Origin: Rhynchopus sp. YZ270_cl-10
Taxonomy: Eukaryota
Direction of reading: 5' to 3'
DNA: 64,000 nucleotides
NCBI GenBank assembly: GCA_964035575.1
Contig: OZ037840.1
Span: 1-64,000 of the forward strand
The notes beneath the pieces were generated by a model. It was not told where the DNA came from and searched no databases. It saw only the letters and a list, made by a program, of their open reading frames with translations. The position numbers were made by a program, and so were the translations under genes. Below are positions 13,735-25,713 of this stretch, in pieces (the stretch's first letter is position 1; every line of letters starts with the position of its first letter).

Positions 13735-14273
13735 TTTTTTTGTGAAAGGTAAAGTCTCCCCAGACCACTGTTATGTGAGTTTTGAATAGTTGTGATAAAT
13801 TGCTAGAAATTGAAATCGTAAACAAGAAACAAAAGAAAAATGGTTACTGGGAGAAAATTTTGCGTTTTCAAGAAGGAAAATAGAAATTGAAACCGCACCA
13901 TACTTTTCCTATTTATGTTTTCCCCCCACCCCCGAAAACAATAAAGCTATAAAAACAATAAAGACAAAAGGGAGAGGTTGTTGTGAAACGCACACACCTC
14001 GACCTGTCGGTGAAATGTGGCTCTACTCCAACCCGCCCCGGATTAGAAAAATGGAAAAAAGGATAGGAGTAGGGAGCGGTGTTCAATTTCCTTTTAGCAT
14101 TGCATGTAATCATAAAAAATAAAATGAAAAATAAATTTTGAACTTTGAACAAAAAGTAAAACCAATCTGCATGTGCATAGAAAAAAGGGGAACCCATATT
14201 TTTGCGCAGGAAGAAGTAAGTTGCACATTCTCTGCGATAAGAAATACCCCCAAACGAAAAAAATAATTATTCT

Positions 14274-14838
14274 CTAATGATGTGCTTTATTGTGCTGGAA
14301 AAGAGCACCTTTGTGTTGAAATTCCCTTCCCCTCCAAGTACTAGAGCATTCGTGAGCATAACACGTCTTTGCAATTTTTTCGTCTTCTGCTGCTTCGCGC
14401 TTTCTCTTTCTGTCTAGCTCCTGTTGAGTTTGAGTTGTTGAAAGTGATACTTGAAAAGTTGACACATACCTTTTTCATGTCCTGACACAGAAGGAACACT
14501 TCGTTCAGCTGTTCCTTGAGATCTGAGACAGTCTGTTTCACCTCTTTCAGCTCTTCAGTCACTGAGGAAAAGCTTTCTGCAGAAACAGGAATTTCCAATG
14601 CTGCGGCCTCTTCTGACGGAAGCACAGAGTCCTTCTGAGTTTGCTCCTCTGTTTTAACGCCTTGCTCCTGTACCTTAGTTAGTACTGTCTCATTCTTCTG
14701 GGAGCACACTGGAATTGGTGGCAATTCCTCATTCTCATGAAGAGCTTGATCCTGCACATTGAACACAGGCAACATGCTTGGTGCATCTTTCTTCTGCACA
14801 AAGGGCACTGGCTTCCGCTTAAACTTCATGGTGTTCAT
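14274..14838 (-). CDS. Helitron accessory gene: coiled-coil protein with C-terminal C2H2-like finger; join(14838..14470,14420..14274), ~171 aa
   Basis: A GTATG..CAG intron (14469-14421) fuses ORF 14341..14859 to ORF 14274..14465, ending ELDRKRKR (NLS-like) and C-YAHE-C...F..KGALFQ-H-NKA-H-H. Confidence 0.7.
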
Positions 14839-15047
14839 AGTTTTTGAGAAATAGTTCACCTGTTTTTGGTGTGTGAGTACAAAAATGCTATGAAAAGAGA
14901 AATGAGGGGTGAGCCAAGGTCAATCATTTTTATATTCAATTTTTTCGGCTTTCACATTTGTAAAAATGCAAAACCTTCACACAATAAAAAAAAGGTTCTC
15001 TTCACAACCACACCAGCCTCCTACATTTTAGCGAGCTTTCTTCTAGT

Positions 15048-15225
15048 GCGGGTTTGCGGGTTTGCGGGTTTGCGGGTTTGCGGGTTTGCGGGTTTGCGGG
15101 TTTGCGGGTTTGCGGGTTTGCGGGTTTGCGGGTTTGCGGGTTTGCGGGTTTGCGGGTTTGCGGGTTTGCGGGTTTGCGGGTTTACGGGTTTGCGGGTTTG
15201 CGGGTTTGCGGGTTTACGGGTTTGC
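15048..15225 (+). repeat. (GCGGGTTT)n array, ~22 units, right flank of the Helitron
   Basis: Same unit, orientation and ACGGGTTT variant as the 1-4603 array. Confidence 0.99.
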
Positions 15226-16040
15226 CACGGAAAATTTTCCCACGGAAAAACGAACCAGAAGAAAGAATAACGCATACAACGGACTTCATTCTTGAAAAAT
15301 AAAGCCTCGGTTACGACGGACTTCATTTTTCAAAGATAAAAAAAAAACGCATAGAATGGACTTCATTCTTGAAAAATATAACCTCGGTTACGACGGACTT
15401 CATTTTTCAAAGATAAAATAACGCATACAAGTGTCGGATGCGATGGGGCGTGGGGGGAATTCAAAAAAGAAAAGAAAAAACGCTGACGTCTAGCCACTTC
15501 AGTACACAAGGTATGACCAAAATAGCCGTATTTTGGTTGAAAATTTGATTTGAAAATTTTTTTCAAGATTTGCCCAATCTGAGGTTTTCATTGGATTCTT
15601 CGGGCCATTTTATGAGGTACCACGCCCGATTTTGGGCAAAAAAAAAATTTTTTTTTTGGTCAAAAATCGCCTTGTTTTACCACTGTATTGGTGTAGGCTT
15701 GTACACAGAAGTGTGTTTTGTGTAACCACAGATGGTCAAAACACCCGATTTTTGCGTTTTTTTGCATTTTTTGGTGCCCAAAAACCCAGGTCAGGGGTCG
15801 AAATTTTCTCGAAAAAAAAAATTTTTTTTTTGAGATTTTTCGATTTTTTGCTAAGGTGCTGGCCCATACAAACTGTACAGGGTTGGCATTTCATACACAA
15901 AATGGCCGGGGAATAAATCTGTGATGCTCAAAACATCAAAATTCTGGCTTTATTTGCATTTTTGGTGCAGCCATGTGCAAAAAAAAATTTTTTTTTTCTG
16001 TGGGAAAAATTTTGTGATGTCGAAAAAAAAAAATTTTTTT

Positions 16041-16132
16041 TTGCCGAGTTTGCCGAGTTGCCGAGTTGCCGAGTTGCCGAGGAACTCGGCAAATTTGCCG
16101 AGTTTGCCGAGTTGCAACTCGGCATTGCCGAG
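16041..16132. repeat. Cluster of TTGCCGAG direct and inverted 8-mers
   Basis: TTGCCGAG repeated in tandem, interleaved with inverted CTCGGCA copies. Confidence 0.85.
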
Positions 16133-16154
16133 ATGCTCCTCACTTAGAGCCATG

Positions 16155-18190
16155 CTATACACAGCGTGCGCACCACGTGCGCACGTATCACTATACACTA
16201 CGTGCGCACAGTAAACTCTTCACTACGTGCGCACGGAACACTATACGCAGCGTGCGCACCACGTGCGCACGTATCACTATACACTACGTGCGCACAGTAA
16301 ACTCTTCACTACGTGCGCACGGAACACTATACACAGCGTGCGCACCACGTGCGCACGTATCACTATACACTACGTGCGCACCACGTGCGCACAGTAAACT
16401 CTTCACTACGTGCGCACGGAACACTATACACAGCGTGCGCACCACGTGCGCACGTATCACTATACACTACGTGCGCACGTATCACTATACACTACGTGCG
16501 CACGTATCATTATACACTACGTGCGCACCACGTGCGCACAGTAAACTCTTCACTACGTGCGCACGGAACACTATACACAGCGTGCGCACCACGTGCGCAC
16601 GTATCACTATACACTACGTGCGCACGTATCACTATACACTACGTGCGCACCACGTGCGCACAGTAAACTCTTCACTACGTGCGCACGGAACACTATACAC
16701 AGCGTGCGCACCACGTGCGCACGTATCACTATACACTACGTGCGCACCACGTGCGCACAGTAAACTCTTCACTACGTGCGCACGGAACACTATACACAGC
16801 GTGCGCACCACGTGCGCACGTATCACTATACACTACGTGCGCACGTATCATTATACACTACGTGCGCACCACGTGCGCACAGTAAACTCTTCACTACGTG
16901 CGCACGGAACACTATACACAGCGTGCGCACCACGTGCGCACGTATCACTATACACTACGTGCGCACGTATCACTATACACTACGTGCGCACCACGTGCGC
17001 ACAGTAAACTCTTCACTACATGCGCACGGAACACTATACACAGCGTGCGCACCACGTGCGCACGTATCACTATACACTACGTGCGCACCACGTGCGCACA
17101 GTAAACTCTTCACTACGTGCGCAAGTATCACTATCCACTACGTGCGCACCACGTGCGCACCACGTGCGCACAGTACACAAAACACTACGTGCGCACGGAA
17201 CACATAACACAGCGTGCGCACCACGTGCGCACAGTAAACTCTTCACTACGTGCGCACGGAACACTATACACAGCGTGCGCACCACGTGCACACGTATCAC
17301 TATACACTACGTGCGCACCACGTGCGCACAGTAAACTCTTCACTACGTGCGCACGGAACACTATACGCAGCGTGCGCACCACGTGCGCACGTATCACTAT
17401 ACACTACGTGCGCACAGTAAACTCTTCACTACGTGCGCACGGAACACTATACACAGCGTGCGCACCACGTGCGCACGTATCACTATACACTACGTGCGCA
17501 CAGTAAACTCTTCACTACGTGCGCACGGAACACTATACACAGCGTGCGCACCACGTGCGCACAGTAAACTCTTCACTACGTGCGCACGTATCACTATACA
17601 CTACGTGCGCACCACGTGCGCACAGTAAACTCTTCACTACGTGCGCACGGAACACTATACACAGCGTGCGCACCACGTGCGCACGTATCATTATACACTA
17701 CGTGCGCACCACGTGCGCACGTATCATTATACACTACGTGCGCACCACGTGCGCACGTATCACTATACACTACGTGCGCACCACGTGCGCACGTATCACT
17801 ATACACTACGTGCGCACGTATCATTTATCACTACGTGCGCACCACGTGCGCACGTATCACTTTTCACTACGTGCGCACCACGTGCGCACAGTAAACTCTT
17901 CACTACGTGCGCATGTATCATTATACACTACGTGCGCACCACGTGCGCACCACGTGCGCACAGTAAACTCTTCACTACCTGCGCACGGAACACTATACAC
18001 AGCGTGCGCACCACGTGCGCACAGTACACAAAACACTACGTGCGCACGGAACACATAACACAGCGTGCGCACCACGTGCGCACGTATCACTATACACTAC
18101 GTGCGCACCACGTGCGCACAGTAAACTCTTCACTACGTGCGCACGGAACACTATACACAGCGTGCGCACCACGTGCGCACGTATCACTAT
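16155..18190. repeat. Modular satellite with a constant CGTGCGCAC core and a small set of recurring spacers
   Basis: 25-bp modules (GTATCACTATACACTA, AGTAAACTCTTCACTA or GGAACACTATACACAG plus core) and an 11-bp module CACGTGCGCAC, in variable order. Confidence 0.95.
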
Positions 18191-18611
18191 TTTTGCCTGC
18201 AAACACACTGCATACTACGACAGGACCATATTCCATCTTATCAGGAAAAATTTCGGAGGTGTTAGTCATAAAAACAATTCAAAATTTTTTGAAAAAACAT
18301 GAGATCTGGATAAAAGTTTTAACTGTACCTGTGGAATATTCCTTGCTCAAATTTACTTTTTTTCCCTCACCCCAGCCATTTACGGCTAAAAAATGCAGGC
18401 AAACCCGGGTTTACGGGTTTGCGGAAAAAAACCTACTTTATTTCCTGCCCCCCTAAGACATTTTGGCTTGAGGCACAATATTTGGAGGCAATAAAATTCG
18501 ATTTTCTGTGAAAAGTATTTTGACCAAAAAATCGTCATTTTTCCGATTCTCGTCATTTTTACATTAGACATCATATGACCTTCCAGAACTCTTCCCAATA
18601 CATATTAAGCG

Positions 18612-19575
18612 AAGGAGCTAAGGAGCTAAGGAGCTAAGGAGCTAAGGAGCTAAGGAGCTAAGGAGCTAAGGAGCTAAGGAGCTAAGGAGCTAAGGAGCTA
18701 AGGAGCTAAGGAGCTAAGGAGCTAAGGAGCTAAGGAGCTAAGGAGCTAAGGAGCTAAGGAGCTAAGGAGCTAAGGAGCTAAGGAGCTAAGGAGCTAAGGA
18801 GCTAAGGAGCTAAGGAGCTAAGGAGCTAAGGAGCTAAGGAGCTAAGGAGCTAAGGAGCTAAGGAGCTAAGGAGCTAAGGAGCTAAGGAGCTAAGGAGCTA
18901 AGGAGCTAAGGAGCTAAGGAGCTAAGGAGCTAAGGAGCTAAGGAGCTAAGGAGCTAAGGAGCTAAGGAGCTAAGGAGCTAAGGAGCTAAGGAGCTAAGGA
19001 GCTAAGGAGCTAAGGAGCTAAGGAGCTAAGGAGCTAAGGAGCTAAGGAGCTAAGGAGCTAAGGAGCTAAGGAGCTAAGGAGCTAAGGAGCTAAGGAGCTA
19101 AGGAGCTAAGGAGCTAAGGAGCTAAGGAGCTAAGGAGCTAAGGAGCTAAGGAGCTAAGGAGCTAAGGAGCTAAGGAGCTAAGGAGCTAAGGAGCTAAGGA
19201 GCTAAGGAGCTAAGGAGCTAAGGAGCTAAGGAGCTAAGGAGCTAAGGAGCTAAGGAGCTAAGGAGCTAAGGAGCTAAGGAGCTAAGGAGCTAAGGAGCTA
19301 AGGAGCTAAGGAGCTAAGGAGCTAAGGAGCTAAGGAGCTAAGGAGCTAAGGAGCTAAGGAGCTAAGGAGCTAAGGAGCTAAGGAGCTAAGGAGCTAAGGA
19401 GCTAAGGAGCTAAGGAGCTAAGGAGCTAAGGAGCTAAGGAGCTAAGGAGCTAAGGAGCTAAGGAGCTAAGGAGCTAAGGAGCTAAGGAGCTAAGGAGCTA
19501 AGGAGCTAAGGAGCTAAGGAGCTAAGGAGCTAAGGAGCTAAGGAGCTAAGGAGCTAAGGAGCTAAGGAGCTAAGG
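18612..19575 (+). repeat. (AGCTAAGG)n array, ~120 units
   Basis: Perfect 8-mer tandem array. Confidence 0.99.
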
Positions 19576-19994
19576 GGCCACTCCGGTGCACAGGGGGCGC
19601 ACCCCAAAACGGTGCACAGGGGGCGCCCAAAAATCCGGTGCACAGGGGGCGTTTTACCCGTGATTTAATAGCCGGGCGCCCCCTGTGCACCGTTTTGACA
19701 CGCCCCCTGTGCACCGTTTTTGGGGTGCCCCCTGTGCACCGGATTCTAGGCGCCCCCTGTGCACCGTTATGACACGCCCCCTGTGCACCGTTTTTGGGCG
19801 CCCCCTGTGCACCGGATTTTCCGAGGATACGCCCCCTGTGCACCGATTTTTGACTTAGGCGACCCCTGTGCACCGGATATTTCTCAAAAACGCACCCTGT
19901 GCACCGGATCCAGTCTTCTCAGGGTTCAGTAACTTAGCTGTTTCTCGCACTGTATAACTCGTATTTGCAAGTATTTGCGCTTGCTATGTTGTGT

Positions 19995-20900
19995 AATCTG
20001 GCTGGTGTGATTGTGCGGGTGCGCGGGGTTCGGGCAACGTTATCCGGCTCGTGTGGTCGATAAGCTGGCTGGTGGGTGCGGGTGCGCGGGACCTAGCTGG
20101 TTCTAGGTTGCGTTATCTGGCTGGTGTGGTCAATAAGCTGGCTGGTGGGTGCGGGTGTGCGGGAACCTGCTGGTTCTAGGTTGCGTTATCTGGTTCTAGG
20201 TTACGTTATCTGGCTGGTGGTTGTGCGGGTTTGCGGGTTTGCGGGTGCGCGGGTTTGCGGGTTCTAGGTTGCGTTATCCGGCTGGTGTGGTTGTGCGGGT
20301 GCGCGGGGTTCGGGCAACGTTATCTGGCTGGTGTGGTCGATAGCCGGCTGGTGGGTGCGGGTGCGCGGGACCCAGCTGGTTCTAGGTTGCGTTTTCTGGT
20401 TCTAGGTTACGTTATCTGGCTGGTGGTTGTGCGGGTTTGCGGGTTTGCGGGTGCGCGGGTTTGCGGGTTCTAGGTTGCGTTATCTGGTTGGTGTGGTCAC
20501 TAAGCTGGCTGGTGGGTGCGGGTGCGCGGGACCCAGCTGGTTCTAGGTTGCGTTTTCTGGTTCTAGGTTACGTTATCTGGCTGGTGGTTGTGCGGGTTTG
20601 CGGGTTTGCGGGTGCGCGGGTTTGCGAGTTCTAGGTTGCGTTATCTGGCTGGTGTGATTGTGCGGGTGCGCGGGGTTCGGGCAACGTTATCCGGTTCGTG
20701 TGGTTACTAAGCTGGCTGGTGGGTGCGGGTGTGCGGGACCTAGCTGGTTCTAGGTTGCGTTTTCTGGTTCTAGGTTATGTTATCTGGCTGGTGGTTGTGC
20801 GGGTTTGCGGGTTCTAGGTTGCGTTATCCGACTGGTGTGGTTGTGTGGGTGTGTGGGGTTCGGGCACATTATCTGGTTCCAGGTTGCATTATCTGGCTGG
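19995..20900 (+). repeat. GC-rich minisatellite (GGCTGGTGTGGTTGTGCGGGT / GGTTCTAGGTTGCGTTATC / GCGGGTTT modules); inverted counterpart at 22560-23150
   Basis: Repeated modules are readable directly, and reverse-complement copies lie at 22560-23150. Confidence 0.9.
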
Positions 20901-21253
20901 TGCTTATGCGGTTGGTGTGGTTGATAAGGTTATTCTTACTCTTCATCCACCTTTTATTCTAAACCCGACCTTTTTTGGTCATCCTTTTTTCCATTTCCAT
21001 TTTCCTGTTCATTTTATTGTCTTTATTATCTTCTCCATTTTTTCCTTTTTCCTTTCTATTCTCATAAAAAAATAGACCAAGTACAGAAAAGAAAAAAAAT
21101 AGGGTTCTCGGGGGTTACTTAACTGGTTGAGTTATCTGCAAACCTGCAAACCCGAAATAAATATCTGGCTTGTGTCAACTGTTTTGTCTTTTGGTGTGCT
21201 GGGCACTTAGGTGTTTTCATGTGTACCATGCTTCCCTACTGAGAGAAGGTTTT

Positions 21254-21460
21254 TATACTGTGTATACTGTGTATACTGTGTATACTGTGTATACTGTGTA
21301 TACTGTGTATACTGTGTATACTGTGTATACTGTGTATACTGTGTATACTGTGTATACTGTGTATACTGTGTATACTGTGTATACTGTGTATACTGTGTAT
21401 ACTGTGTATACTGTGTATACTGTGTATACTGTGTATACTGTGTATACTGTGTATACTGTG
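21254..21460 (+). repeat. (TATACTGTG)n 9-mer array, ~23 units
   Basis: Perfect tandem array. Confidence 0.98.
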
Positions 21461-21838
21461 TTTTTCTGTGTGTGCTGTGAAAACTGTGTACGGGACCCAA
21501 AATACCTGTAAAAGTCATATGGGGCATACTTTTGCGCCCCCTGTGCACCCTATTTCGGGGTATCTAAGGTGCACAGGGTGCCTGAAAACCCACTGCACGA
21601 AACTCTCCCGAAACCCCCCGGAACTGGATTTTGAAAAGGTGCACAGGGTGCTTTTGGCCCCCGAGAAAGGGTGCACAGGGTGCCTTTTTTGGTCCCGAAA
21701 AAGGGTGCACAGGGTGCCCTTGAGATTGGCACCCTTTGACTTTCACAGGCAAAACTTTTTTTTTTGCTGCTTGAAAACTTTTCACCTTTCACCTGTATGG
21801 AGCCTCTGACCAAGGAAAACATATTCTGAGGGCAGTCC

Positions 21839-22340
21839 TACACAGTACACAGTACACAGTACACAGTACACAGTACACAGTACACAGTACACAGTACACA
21901 GTACACAGTACACAGTACACAGTACACAGTACACAGTACACAGTACACAGTACACAGTACACAGTACACAGTACACAGTACACAGTACACAGTACACAGT
22001 ACACAGTACACAGTACACAGTACACAGTACACAGTACACAGTACACAGTACACAGTACACAGTACACAGTACACAGTACACAGTACACAGTACACAGTAC
22101 ACAGTACACAGTACACAGTACACAGTACACAGTACACAGTACACAGTACACAGTACACAGTACACAGTACACAGTACACAGTACACAGTACACAATACAC
22201 AGTACACAGTACACAGTACACAGTACACAGTACACAGTACACAGTACACAGTACACAGTACACAGTACACAGTACACAGTACACAGTACACAGTACACAG
22301 TACACAGTACACAGTACACAGTACACAGTACACAGTACAC
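21839..22340 (+). repeat. (TACACAG)n 7-mer array, ~71 units
   Basis: Near-perfect tandem array. Its reverse complement CTGTGTA is contained in the 9-mer array. Confidence 0.98.
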
Positions 22341-23149
22341 CCTCCGTCAGCAGGGAAGCATAGTATTACAGTGAGGACTAGTACAACACAAACCACTTTA
22401 GTAGCCCAAGAACCTCACATAAAGCAGAAACTCACTAAAGAAATATACACAGTATACAGTATACACAAGAAAAAAAGCCATCTCTCAGGGAAGCATGGTG
22501 GTGCAACAACACATGGCCACATATGCCCACCCACAAAGCACCAACCAGCAGGTGCAACAAAAAACCCTCACAACCACACCAGCCAGATAACGTTGCCCGA
22601 ACCCCGCGCACCCGCACAACCACACCAGCCGGATAACGCAACCTAGAACCCGCAAACCCGCGCACCCGCAAACCCGCAAACCCGCACCAACCACCAGCCG
22701 GATACCGTAACCTAGAACCAGATAACGCAACCTAGAACCAGCAGGTTCCCGCGCACCCGCACCCACCAGCCAGCTTATCGACCACACGAACCAGATAACG
22801 TTGCCCGAACCCCGCGCACCCGCACCACCACACCAGCCAGATAACGTTGCCCGAACCCCGCGCACCCGCACAACCACACCAGCTGGCTAACGTTGCCCGA
22901 ACCCCGCGCACCCGCACAACCACACCAGCCGGATAACGCAACCTAGAACCCGCAAACCCGCGCACCCGCAAACCCGCAAACCCGCACCAACCACCAGCCG
23001 GATACCGTAACCTAGAACCAGATAACGCAACCTAGAACCAGCAGGTTCCCGCGCACCCGCACCCACCAGCCAGCTTATCGACCACACGAACCAGATAACG
23101 TTTCCCGAACCCCGCGCACCCGCACCACCACACCAGCCGGATAACGCAA

Positions 23150-23151
<2 letters not shown>

Positions 23152-23188
<37 letters not shown>

Positions 23189-24811
23189 CTCTTTTATGTA
23201 CTTGGTCTTTTTTTGTATGTGAGAATAGAAGAAAGGAAAAAGGAAGAATGGAGTAAACAATAAAGACAATAAAATGAACAGGAAAATGGAAAAGGAAAAA
23301 GGAAATGAAAAAATGATGACCAAAAAAGGTCGGTGTTTCAAGTTTTAGTATAAAAGGTGGGCGGTAAAGTAAAGTAAGTGGCCACTTCCTCCTAAACAAA
23401 ACAAGAAACTGCATCGTGTGTTTGTTTTTTATTCTTTTTAATCAATTTGAATACACAGGCGTCACACTTATGGGGCAAAAAAAGGAAAAAAAGAAGACCT
23501 AATCCTCCTTACTTAAAAGAAGGGAAGGGAGAATAAAAAACACACGTGCCCATTGTTTCGTTGTCTGCAGGATGTCTTGTTTTAGTGCCTCACCTGGAAA
23601 AAGAAAAATGGATTCCACTCAGTAAAAATAGCACACCTGTTGAACACACGTCAGGCCAGGAACAGAAGAAAAGCAAACGCTTCCACGAATGGAAGCAAAA
23701 GAAAAGTGTGGTGAAAAAACCGCAAACCCGCAACCTAGAACCTGCTCAGTGCGTGAAGCCCAAACACCTGTTTAACCACAAACCCGCAAACCCGTACCAC
23801 ACGAACCTGGACAACACAATATGCAAGTGTTTCTAAAACTGGGTGAGTAATATTGGAAGCCTGGATCCGGTGCACAGGGTGACATAGTGGTTCCAAATCC
23901 GGTGCACAGGGTGCCCCCAAAAGGTGCACAGGGTGCCTTTTTGGCACTGGATCCGGTGCACAGGGTGCCCCCAAAAATCCGGTGCACAGGGTGCCCCTAA
24001 AAATCCGGTGCACAGGGTGCCCCTTTTAATCCGGTGCACAGGGTGCCATTACGGGTTCGCAATCCGGTGCACAGGGTGCCCCCCACGTTATAAGCCCCGG
24101 CTAAAAAGCACCCTGTGCACCGGACTTTTTGGCACCCTGTGCACCGGATTTTTTGGGGGCACCCTGTGCACCGGAGTGGCCTATTTCGGGACCCCCGAAA
24201 AGCCCCCTGTGCACCCTTTTTCAGGGGTGAAATGCCCCCTGTGCACCATATCTTTTTTTTTTTTTTTTTTTTTTTTTTTTCTCTTTTATGTACTTGGTCT
24301 TTTTTTGTATGTGAGAATAGAAGAAAGGAAAAAGGAAGAATGGAGTAAACAATAAAGACAATAAAATGAACAGGAAAATGGAAAAGGAAAAAGGAAATGA
24401 AAAAATGATGACCAAAAAAGGTCGGTGTTTCAAGTTTTAGTATAAAAGGTGGGCGGTAAAGTAAAGTAAGTGGCCACTTCCTCCTAAACAAAACAAGAAA
24501 CTGCATCGTGTGTTTGTTTTTTATTCTTTTTAATCAATTTGAATACACAGGCGTCACACTTATGGGGCAAAAAAAGGAAAAAAAGAAGACCTAATCCTCC
24601 TTACTTAAAAGAAGGGAAGGGAGAATAAAAAACACACGTGCCCATTGTTTCGTTGTCTGCAGGATGTCTTGTTTTAGTGCCTCACCTGGAAAAAGAAAAA
24701 TGGATTCCACTCAGTAAAAATAGCACACCTGTTGAACACACGTCAGGCCAGGAACAGAAGAAAAGCAAACGCTTCCACGAATGGAAGCAAAAGAAAAGTG
24801 TGGTGAAAAAA
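23152..24811. repeat. ~560-bp direct repeat pair (23152-23720 and 24253-24811), each starting with poly-T
   Basis: Identical text from CTCTTTTATGTACTTGG to GTGTGGTGAAAAAACC. A diverged inverted copy of the first part lies at 20940-21100. Confidence 0.93.
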
Positions 24812-25326
24812 CCCTTTTGGCCAAGGTGGTCTTGACTCTCTGTCTACATACTTTGGGGATGCATGAAAAAATGAAACTAGATGATAGATAACAAGGAGTG
24901 TGCGAGAGTGGCCCTTCTCCAAGCTAAACAAAAAGCAAACACCCTCCACCCATCTGATCCCGCCCACAAACACAAACAATCACGACAGAAAACAAAACAG
25001 GCAGAGGATGACCAGGGTAGGTTTTACTTGGACAGCGAACCTCTGCCTTGATTCCTCTCACGCTCAGCAGGCGAGTTGCCTCAACTCTCCAGACCTGTGC
25101 TGCAACACAGGCCTGCACCTTTAGCCGCTTTTCGCTTCATGCCCCTCATCTGGCGCACTACTAACGGGGGACGCCCCATGTAGGCACATCGGTAGGATTT
25201 CGTCTTAACATAGTTTTTTGTGTAAAAAAAAATGAACCCCATGCACCATATCCAAAACCAGTTCCGGGAGGTTTCGGGAGGGTTTCGGGAACCAAAAAAA
25301 GCCGCCCCCTGTGCACCTTAGATACC

Positions 25327-25713
25327 AGCTAAGGAGCTAAGGAGCTAAGGAGCTAAGGAGCTAAGGAGCTAAGGAGCTAAGGAGCTAAGGAGCTAAGGAG
25401 CTAAGGAGCTAAGGAGCTAAGGAGCTAAGGAGCTAAGGAGCTAAGGAGCTAAGGAGCTAAGGAGCTAAGGAGCTAAGGAGCTAAGGAGCTAAGGAGCTAA
25501 GGAGCTAAGGAGCTAAGGAGCTAAGGAGCTAAGGAGCTAAGGAGCTAAGGAGCTAAGGAGCTAAGGAGCTAAGGAGCTAAGGAGCTAAGGAGCTAAGGAG
25601 CTAAGGAGCTAAGGAGCTAAGGAGCTAAGGAGCTAAGGAGCTAAGGAGCTAAGGAGCTAAGGAGCTAAGGAGCTAAGGAGCTAAGGAGCTAAGGAGCTAA
25701 GGAGCTAAGGAGC
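25327..25713 (+). repeat. (AGCTAAGG)n array, ~48 units
   Basis: Perfect 8-mer array running directly into the 3' end of the Hint-domain gene. Confidence 0.99.

Larger units (their letters stand above)
4604..15047 (-). mobile_element. Autonomous-type Helitron (~10.4 kb) embedded in the GCGGGTTT array
   Basis: Encodes RepHel. Removing it restores a perfect array (GCGGGTTT|GCGGG). TTCTAGT occurs at both junctions (4602-4608, 15041-15047). GC palindrome CCCGGCCGGG (4720-4729) lies ~10 nt from a CTAG at 4706-4709, on the 3' side of the ORF. Confidence 0.88.
19576..25326. mobile_element. Non-coding 5.75-kb composite segment bracketed by AGCTAAGG arrays, putative non-autonomous element
   Basis: Subterminal inverted 15-mer GGTGCACAGGGGGCG (19586-19600 / 25303-25317). 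GTGCACAGGG clusters at 19584-19910, 21535-21720 and 23866-24248. No credible ORF. Confidence 0.55.

Noticed and set aside
16155..18190. CRISPR array
   Set aside because: Spacers recur many times, the core is only 9 bp, no cas genes are present and the context is eukaryotic.
16066..24506. ORFs over satellites (YTV, CTVYCVL, RAHHVRT, HPVHR types)
   Set aside because: Translations of tandem repeats that are open in several frames on both strands.
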